DNA of 24,000 nt, from assembly GCA_045127595.1 (NCBI GenBank), contig JBGVQS010000027.1:42447-66446 (forward strand), in the 5' to 3' direction. This document shows, piece by piece, positions 18,217 to 24,000 of the stretch; position 1 is the first letter of the stretch; every line of letters starts with the position of its first letter. Position numbers and translations under genes: made by a program. The notes below the pieces were generated by a model that was not told the DNA's origin, ran no database searches, and was given only the letters and a program-made list of their open reading frames with translations. This stretch comes from Candidatus Scatosoma sp. GTDB taxonomy: Bacteria; Bacillota; Clostridia; Christensenellales; Borkfalkiaceae.

Positions 18217-19896
18217 ATGAAAAAGGCAAAAGGCAAAGCAAAACTTTGGTTGAATAGAGAGATGCGCCCTTATCGCGTGTCTATTTTATCTTTGACCGTT
18301 TTGGGCTCGATTGCCACTCTTTCTACGTTGGCTTTTGCGTATTTGGTTCGTTATTTGATAAATACTGCGGCAGACGGTGATAAAAAGCTCTTATGCATTT
18401 TTTCCGCCGTTGCACTGGGGCTTTTACTACTGAAAATTTTTATTAGGACGTTTGATTCCTATTATGCAGAGAAATTGCGTTCAAAAATGGTTTCATCCTT
18501 GCGTACAAAAACATTTTCAAGGGTTTTACGCTCGGAATATGCAGGCTTGCAAGGGTATCACAGCGGAGATGTTTTAAACCGCTTAACTTCTGATATAAAC
18601 GAAGTTACGGTAGATACGGTAGGTTTTTTGCCGACTGTAACGGGCATGATTTTACAGTGTGTCGGCGCGGTAGTTGCATTATTGACGATTGATCCTTTGT
18701 TTACGTGTATATACGTGGTTTGCGGATTGATTTTTGGCGGCCTTGCAACACTGTTTAGAAAACGAATTAAAAAATGTCATAAAGAAGTCATGGAAGCAGA
18801 CAGCGCGTTCCGTGCGTTTATGCAAGAAAGTTTAGGCGCTACTATGACCTTAAAGGCATATGGTGCGGAAGGGCGTGTGGAAGAAAAAACGGCTCAAATC
18901 GCCACGGAATATTACGAAAAACGCAAACAAAGAAATATTTTGCGGGCAATAATGAGCGGTTTATTCAGCTTATTGAGTAATTTTGGGTTAATTTTTGCCA
19001 TTGTTTGGTGCAGTTTTAGCGTTTTAAAGGGCAATAACGATTTTGGCTCTATTTTATCCGTTATTTTGTTATTGATGCAATTCCAGCAGCCTTTGACTGC
19101 TTTTTCGTCCGTTTTGCCTGTATATTATGCTCGATTAGCAAGCGCGGAACGCATTTTAGAATTAGAAGAAATTCCTAAGGAAGATTTAATTTCTCAAGAT
19201 GATAATGCGGCTGATTATGAGAACTTACAGGAAATCGTCTTTGAAAATATTGATTTTTCCTACGGCCGTGAAATTATTTTTGAAGATGCAAGTGTTCGGT
19301 TTAAGAAAAAGGAAATCATATGCTTGACGGGTATGTCGGGGGCAGGCAAAAGCACGATCTTTAAGCTATTGATGAGCATTTATAAACCGAATAAAGGGGG
19401 AATTTTGTTGTTGGGGACATTTGACGGCGCGGAAAAAATTCCTTTAAATGAAACTTCTCGTGCTTTATTTGCCTACGTTCCGCAGGGGAATTTTCTCTTT
19501 TCAGGAACGATTTATGAAAATATAAAATTTTTTGCTGAAGAACAAAAAGAGGATAAACTTTTGCAAAAAATCAAACAAGCCCTTTCTGCGGCTTGTGCGG
19601 ACTTTGTTTGGGAATTGCCTGACGGCTTGCAAACCTCTTTAAACGAAGGCGGGGCAGGGCTTTCCGAAGGGCAGTTGCAACGTCTTGCCGTCGCGCGTGC
19701 ATTGTTGTCCGAACGTCCTATTTTGCTTTTGGACGAAGCTACGTCGGCACTTGACGCGGATACGGAAAAAACGTTGCTTGAAAACATTAAAAACTTTACG
19801 GATAAAACCTGTTTAATCGTTACACACCGTCCTGCTGCATTACATATTGCCGACCGTATCATTACGATCGAGAACGGTAAAATTCGAGCAAAATAA
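18217..19896 (+). CDS. ABC transporter, fused permease-ATPase (MdlB/peptide-exporter-like)
   Basis: 559 aa; N-terminal six-helix TMD, then GMSGAGKSTIFKLL, LSEGQLQRLAVARALLSERPILLLDEATSALD. Confidence 0.93.
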   Translation: MKKAKGKAKLWLNREMRPYRVSILSLTVLGSIATLSTLAFAYLVRYLINTAADGDKKLLCIFSAVALGLLLLKIFIRTFDSYYAEKLRSKMVSSLRTKTFSRVLRSEYAGLQGYHSGDVLNRLTSDINEVTVDTVGFLPTVTGMILQCVGAVVALLTIDPLFTCIYVVCGLIFGGLATLFRKRIKKCHKEVMEADSAFRAFMQESLGATMTLKAYGAEGRVEEKTAQIATEYYEKRKQRNILRAIMSGLFSLLSNFGLIFAIVWCSFSVLKGNNDFGSILSVILLLMQFQQPLTAFSSVLPVYYARLASAERILELEEIPKEDLISQDDNAADYENLQEIVFENIDFSYGREIIFEDASVRFKKKEIICLTGMSGAGKSTIFKLLMSIYKPNKGGILLLGTFDGAEKIPLNETSRALFAYVPQGNFLFSGTIYENIKFFAEEQKEDKLLQKIKQALSAACADFVWELPDGLQTSLNEGGAGLSEGQLQRLAVARALLSERPILLLDEATSALDADTEKTLLENIKNFTDKTCLIVTHRPAALHIADRIITIENGKIRAK

Positions 19897-19928
19897 AAAA
19901 ATGAACTCCTCGGAGTTCATTTTTTTTA
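19895..19928. terminator. Bidirectional terminator between ABC transporter and AraC-type regulator
   Basis: AAAAAAATGAACTCC-TCG-GAGTTCATTTTTTTT. Confidence 0.88.
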
Positions 19929-20861
19929 TTTAATGCTAGCTCTATATTCGCTTGGGGTTAATCCTACGTGTTTTTTAAATATGCACGTAAAGGTTGATAT
20001 TGAATCGAAGCAAAGACTGTCTGCAATGTTACCGAAAGATATATTTTTTCGTATCATTTTTTTGGCTTCGTCAATTTTCAGTTTTAAGTAGGTTTGATAA
20101 ATGCTTTTGCCTGTCTTTTCACGGAAAAAAGTGCATAAATGGGTTGTGCCATAATGCAATTCGTCGCTTAAATCGCTTAATTTAAATTTGCCGTGTATTT
20201 TTGAGCGTAATATACGTACAATTTCATCTTCCAACTCCGAAGAATCGGCAATTTTTGATACAAAAAACTCTTGGGAGGCTTGGTTATTGTCTTGTAATCG
20301 CAATAAGTAAATCAATAACAATTCCAAAGAATTTTTTAATATTTGTTCTCCTCCCAAATTCGGGTTTTCTTTTAATTTCAATTCCGTTAAATTCGGATCG
20401 AATTCAGGAAGATTAAACGTTCCAAGGGCTTCACTCATAATATTTTGCAGTAAATAACGAAAGTTTTCGGGTACGGAGAACTTTTTATCAATGAAATATT
20501 GCATAGATTCCGAACGGCAACTGAACGAAATGATAAACAAGTTCGGTTCTTTGTCGCCACTTTCAACAAAATGCGGTTGATTCGGCTTGATAAAAATAAT
20601 TTCGCCTTGCTTTAATTGTACGTGCTTGCCGTCGATAATAACAAAAATATCTTCCTTGTCTGCATAATTGATTTCCCAAAAATCATGTTTTTCTTCGGGA
20701 AAGGAATAATTTTTTTCCAATGCTTGATAATGGATCGTTACAATTTTTTGCACGTTTAACAAGTTGGAAATTTTGTGCATATAAAATTTTTTCGCAGGAA
20801 TTTTTGTGTTCATACCCGTATTATAGCAAATCCAAAAACATTTGTAAAACGTTTCAAGCAA
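19926..20861 (-). CDS. AraC family transcriptional regulator
   Basis: N-terminal cupin-like domain; C-terminal HTH FKLSDLSDELHYGTTHLCTFFREKTGKSIYQTYLKLKIDEAKKMIR...IADSLCFDSISTFTCIFKKHVGLTPSEYR. Start could be internal (e.g. MNTKIPAKKF...). Confidence 0.9.
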   Translation of the reverse strand: MLETFYKCFWICYNTGMNTKIPAKKFYMHKISNLLNVQKIVTIHYQALEKNYSFPEEKHDFWEINYADKEDIFVIIDGKHVQLKQGEIIFIKPNQPHFVESGDKEPNLFIISFSCRSESMQYFIDKKFSVPENFRYLLQNIMSEALGTFNLPEFDPNLTELKLKENPNLGGEQILKNSLELLLIYLLRLQDNNQASQEFFVSKIADSSELEDEIVRILRSKIHGKFKLSDLSDELHYGTTHLCTFFREKTGKSIYQTYLKLKIDEAKKMIRKNISFGNIADSLCFDSISTFTCIFKKHVGLTPSEYRASIK

Positions 20862-20926
20862 ATATTTGATTTTTTCATATAAAAAAACTGTGAAAGAATT
20901 CCAAACAAAAGAGAAAAATTTTCTAT

Positions 20927-20954
20927 TGTAATTTTCTGAAAAAAATTGTATAAT
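20927..20954 (+). promoter_or_regulatory. Candidate promoter for the NahK-like gene
   Basis: TTGTAA, about 16-nt spacer, TATAAT. Confidence 0.45.
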
Positions 20955-20970
20955 GTTAAAAAATTTATAG

Positions 20971-22047
<1,077 letters not shown>

Positions 22048-22051
22048 TACG

Positions 22052-22079
22052 AAAAACACCGTCGGTTGACGGTGTTTTT
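22052..22079. terminator. Bidirectional terminator between NahK-like and GmhB-like genes
   Basis: AAAAACACCGTC-GGTT-GACGGTGTTTTT. Confidence 0.85.
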
Positions 22080-22579
22080 CAATATAAATTTAAAATTTCA
22101 TCAAAGCGATTAAGAATGGGAACGTCGGGATATTTTTCGCGGACAACAGAATGTTCGTTTGTTCCATAACCCGTCATAACGAGTATAGCTTGCGCGCCTA
22201 CGTTTTTTGCGCAAAGTACGTCGCTTTCTCGATCCCCGACGACCAAGCATTCATTAAGGGGGATTTTTAGCTTTTGTGCGGCACGCAAAAGCAAACCACT
22301 TTTAGGCTTTCTGCAATCGCAATGGTCTGCGTTATCGTGCGGACAAATTTCCCATACGTCTACACCGTAAGAATCGAATTCTTTGGCATAATCGTAATTT
22401 TTTGCCGTACCGCGCGCAATACTTGATTGATTTGTAATAATACCAACGAAATAACCGCGTTTTTTTAATGTGTGAAAAACTTCAGCGATATCGCAAAAAG
22501 GGGAAAAGGTTTCAGGAAAACGTTTATCTGATAGCTCGCCAAGCGTACCGTCCCGATCAAATAATATACATCGTATCAT
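22079..22579 (-). CDS. HAD-IIIA family hydrolase, GmhB/histidinol-phosphate phosphatase-like
   Basis: LFDRDGTLGE, IITNQSSIARG, CPHDNADHCDCRKPKSG (zinc loop), VVGDRESDVLCAKN. Confidence 0.92.
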   Translation of the reverse strand: MIRCILFDRDGTLGELSDKRFPETFSPFCDIAEVFHTLKKRGYFVGIITNQSSIARGTAKNYDYAKEFDSYGVDVWEICPHDNADHCDCRKPKSGLLLRAAQKLKIPLNECLVVGDRESDVLCAKNVGAQAILVMTGYGTNEHSVVREKYPDVPILNRFDEILNLY

Positions 22580-22717
22580 TATGCACCTATAAAAATATCT
22601 ATTTTGATTATATCATTATAGGCTGATATTGTCAAGCAATAAAAAATCTATAAAATTAAAACGAAGAATTTCTAATATGGCTACGCGCTTTTTAAAATTT
22701 AAATTTGCAAAAAACGG

Positions 22718-22726
22718 TGTTATAAT
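22718..22726 (+). promoter_or_regulatory. Extended -10 element (TGT-TATAAT) ahead of a structured leader
   Basis: TGTTATAAT with only a weak TTTAAA at -35 distance. Confidence 0.4.
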
Positions 22727-22772
22727 AGTATCGTGGAATTGAAAAAAAATCGATTCTCGGACGTTCTATTTT

Positions 22773-22822
22773 CTTCTCAGCCCCGTTTGTCTTATTGGAC
22801 GAGCGGGGTTTTACATGAGAAG
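22773..22822 (+). promoter_or_regulatory. Nested leader hairpin with terminator-like core
   Basis: Outer stem CTTCTCA/TGAGAAG (22773-22779/22816-22822); inner CCCCGTTTGTC-TTATTG-GACGAGCGGGG (22781-22808) with two G-U pairs, followed by TTTT. Confidence 0.6.
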
Positions 22823-22854
22823 TATTGACAAACAAGACGAGGTGTGGTACAATT

Positions 22855-23271
22855 ATGGCAGAGTTTGACGAAAGCAAGCATCCGCGTGATGAACAGGGAA
22901 AGTTTACAAACGGCAATGGAGCGACAGAGTATAGACAAAATACGCCGTATGAACAAATAAGCGGAAAACTTATTCCTGAAAAAGCGTACGGCTTTGCGAA
23001 TAAACAAAGAAAACATACAAAGGACCACGTTGCTCACGCCCAAGAAATGGGATTTAAGAATCAAGACGATTATGAAAAAGCCGCATGTGAATTTTTCAAT
23101 GGAGATAAAGGAAAACTTTATTTCGAGCCAAGAAGAAGTCGTTTTTATCGCTACGATGAAAAGAGTCAAAGAATGGCTGTATCGAGCAATGGCATTATTC
23201 ATACTTTTCTTTTTTATGATAAAAAGAAATTTGAAAAAGTAAGAAAACAGGAGGGATTAAATGATTTATAA
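22855..23271 (+). CDS. Putative phage/polymorphic-toxin-type nuclease effector
   Basis: N-terminal MAEFDESKHPRDEQGKFTNG resembles the segment found at the C-terminus of phage head-morphogenesis proteins; C-terminal KLYFEPRRSRFYRYDEKSQRMAVSSNGIIHTFLFYDKKKF resembles BECR/colicin-like nuclease toxin domains. SD GAGGTG 10 nt before ATG 22855; the ORF track also allows TTG at 22825. Confidence 0.6.
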   Translation: MAEFDESKHPRDEQGKFTNGNGATEYRQNTPYEQISGKLIPEKAYGFANKQRKHTKDHVAHAQEMGFKNQDDYEKAACEFFNGDKGKLYFEPRRSRFYRYDEKSQRMAVSSNGIIHTFLFYDKKKFEKVRKQEGLNDL

Positions 23272-23473
23272 AGTGAAATGTCCGATTTGTGGGACATTAT
23301 TTGAGGGTGGTTCTTTTGATAATTGCCCGAAGTGTGATTGGTGTTATCAAGGAATTGAAGGTGAGTTAGATAAAGACGAATATGATGAGGCGAACCACAC
23401 TACGATTGCAAAAGCAAAAGAAAATTTCTCGAAAGGATTAGATAAATGGGGTGAACCGTTATCTAAAAAATAG
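23261..23473 (+). CDS. CPCC-like small zinc-ribbon protein, putative cognate immunity protein
   Basis: VKCPICGTLFEGGSFDNCPKCDWCYQG...ANHTTIAKAKENFSKGLDKWG fits the Cys-rich CPCC immunity pattern; starts inside the upstream ORF (11-bp overlap) with its own AGGAGG. Confidence 0.62.
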   Translation: MIYKVKCPICGTLFEGGSFDNCPKCDWCYQGIEGELDKDEYDEANHTTIAKAKENFSKGLDKWGEPLSKK

Positions 23474-23696
23474 TATAAACTAACTATTACGTATAAGTAT
23501 TAAGTAAGTATATAATAAAATATATATTATATAATAATAAATATAATAAATAATAATAAAAAACAAAGCACAGTGCAGATAATAAAATGCACCGTACTTT
23601 TTTCATACAAGTAAACTTGATAGATGTTAAGGATATTACTTCCCCAAAAGCAACATTTTTTAGTAACTTTTGCATAGACCATACACAAATGCAAAC

Positions 23697-23744
23697 AAAA
23701 ACGCCCGTATTTAAGCGTTAAAACCGCTAAAAACGGGCGTTTTT
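23697..23744. terminator. Bidirectional terminator-like hairpin downstream of tRNA-Leu
   Basis: AAAAACGCCCGT ... ACGGGCGTTTTT with a small internal AGCG/CGCT hairpin. Confidence 0.75.
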
Positions 23745-23748
23745 GTAT

Positions 23749-23834
23749 TGGTGCCGAAGGTGGGACTTGAACCCACACGGTATCGCTACCAATGGATTTT
23801 GAGTCCATCGCGTCTGCCATTCCACCACTTCGGC
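23749..23834 (-). tRNA. tRNA-Leu(CAA), CCA encoded
   Basis: Reverse strand reads GCCGAAGTGGTGGAATGGCAGACGCGATGGACTCAAAATCCATTGGTAGCGATACCGTGTGGGTTCAAGTCCCACCTTCGGCACCA; anticodon loop CTCAAAA, long variable arm, T-loop GGTTCAAGTCC. Confidence 0.96.
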
Positions 23835-23931
23835 AACGATTAACAGCTTATTTATTATACTCAATCCATAAAAAAAAATCAAGCGTTTGCACAAGGTTTT
23901 TTATAAAAAATTAAATATTTTTTTAATTCTC

Positions 23932-23960
23932 TTGCGATTTTTTTTATTTCGTGGTAAAAT
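23932..23960 (+). promoter_or_regulatory. Candidate promoter for a gene starting near 23995 and cut by the window end
   Basis: TTGCGA, 17-nt spacer, TAAAAT; AAAGGA then ATG 23995. Confidence 0.45.
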
Positions 23961-24000
23961 ACTAATATATATCAATAAAGGATGCGCATTATATATGGAA

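Noticed and set aside
16583-19896. Reading the cassette as a classical lasso-peptide cluster
   Set aside because: No asparagine-synthetase-like cyclase or transglutaminase-like B2 protease between or around the genes, and the peptide has a secretory-type leader.
22825-22853. TTGACA-17-TACAAT promoter match in front of the putative toxin
   Set aside because: The predicted start site would fall just inside the gene and remove ATG 22855; GAGGTG spaced 10 nt from the ATG argues the start codon is real. Kept only as a comment, not as a feature.
23484-23570. Very AT-rich TATATTATATAATAATAAATATAATAA stretch
   Set aside because: Irregular simple sequence; no regular unit, spacer pattern or CRISPR-like structure.
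23527-23820. 97-aa minus-strand ORF MADAMDSKSIGSDTVWVQVPPSAPIQKRP...
   Set aside because: It is the translation of tRNA-Leu plus flanking DNA, a familiar spurious ORF.

Overview
Ordinary Firmicutes/Clostridia-like chromosomal window (low-to-moderate GC), densely packed with housekeeping genes: peptidase U32 C-terminus, mutS2, polysaccharide deacetylase, M16 peptidase, DNA-deoxyinosine-glycosylase-like, AlkD-like, tex, acpP, ABC-F ATPase, spo0A-like, an IS200/IS605-type tnpA-only element, groEL/groES (minus strand), dCMP deaminase, peptidyl-prolyl isomerase, purB, AraC-type regulator, NahK/APH-like kinase, GmhB-like HAD phosphatase and tRNA-Leu(CAA). Four places look unusual. (1) 16583-19896 is a tightly packed five-gene operon: a 52-aa Cys-rich hydrophobic-leader peptide absent from the ORF track, an HPrK/PEPCK-like P-loop kinase, a PqqD/RRE-like protein, an S24/S26 peptidase with a Ser/His-type active site, and an ABC exporter. 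It looks like a RiPP or secreted-peptide maturation system without a recognisable cyclase or radical SAM enzyme. (2) The Spo0A-like protein has a well-conserved DNA-binding domain but a degenerate receiver (phosphoacceptor Asp replaced by Gly), with a perfect 0A box upstream. (3) 22780-23473 has a leader hairpin, then a phage-type 'DESKHPRDEQGKFTNG' nuclease-like toxin overlapping a CPCC-like zinc-ribbon putative immunity gene. (4) The IS200-like element has a 15-bp inverted repeat hiding its Shine-Dalgarno sequence, with the promoter placed just inside the hairpin, and a chain of structured hairpins behind tnpA. All family assignments come from motif recognition by eye; no searches were run.
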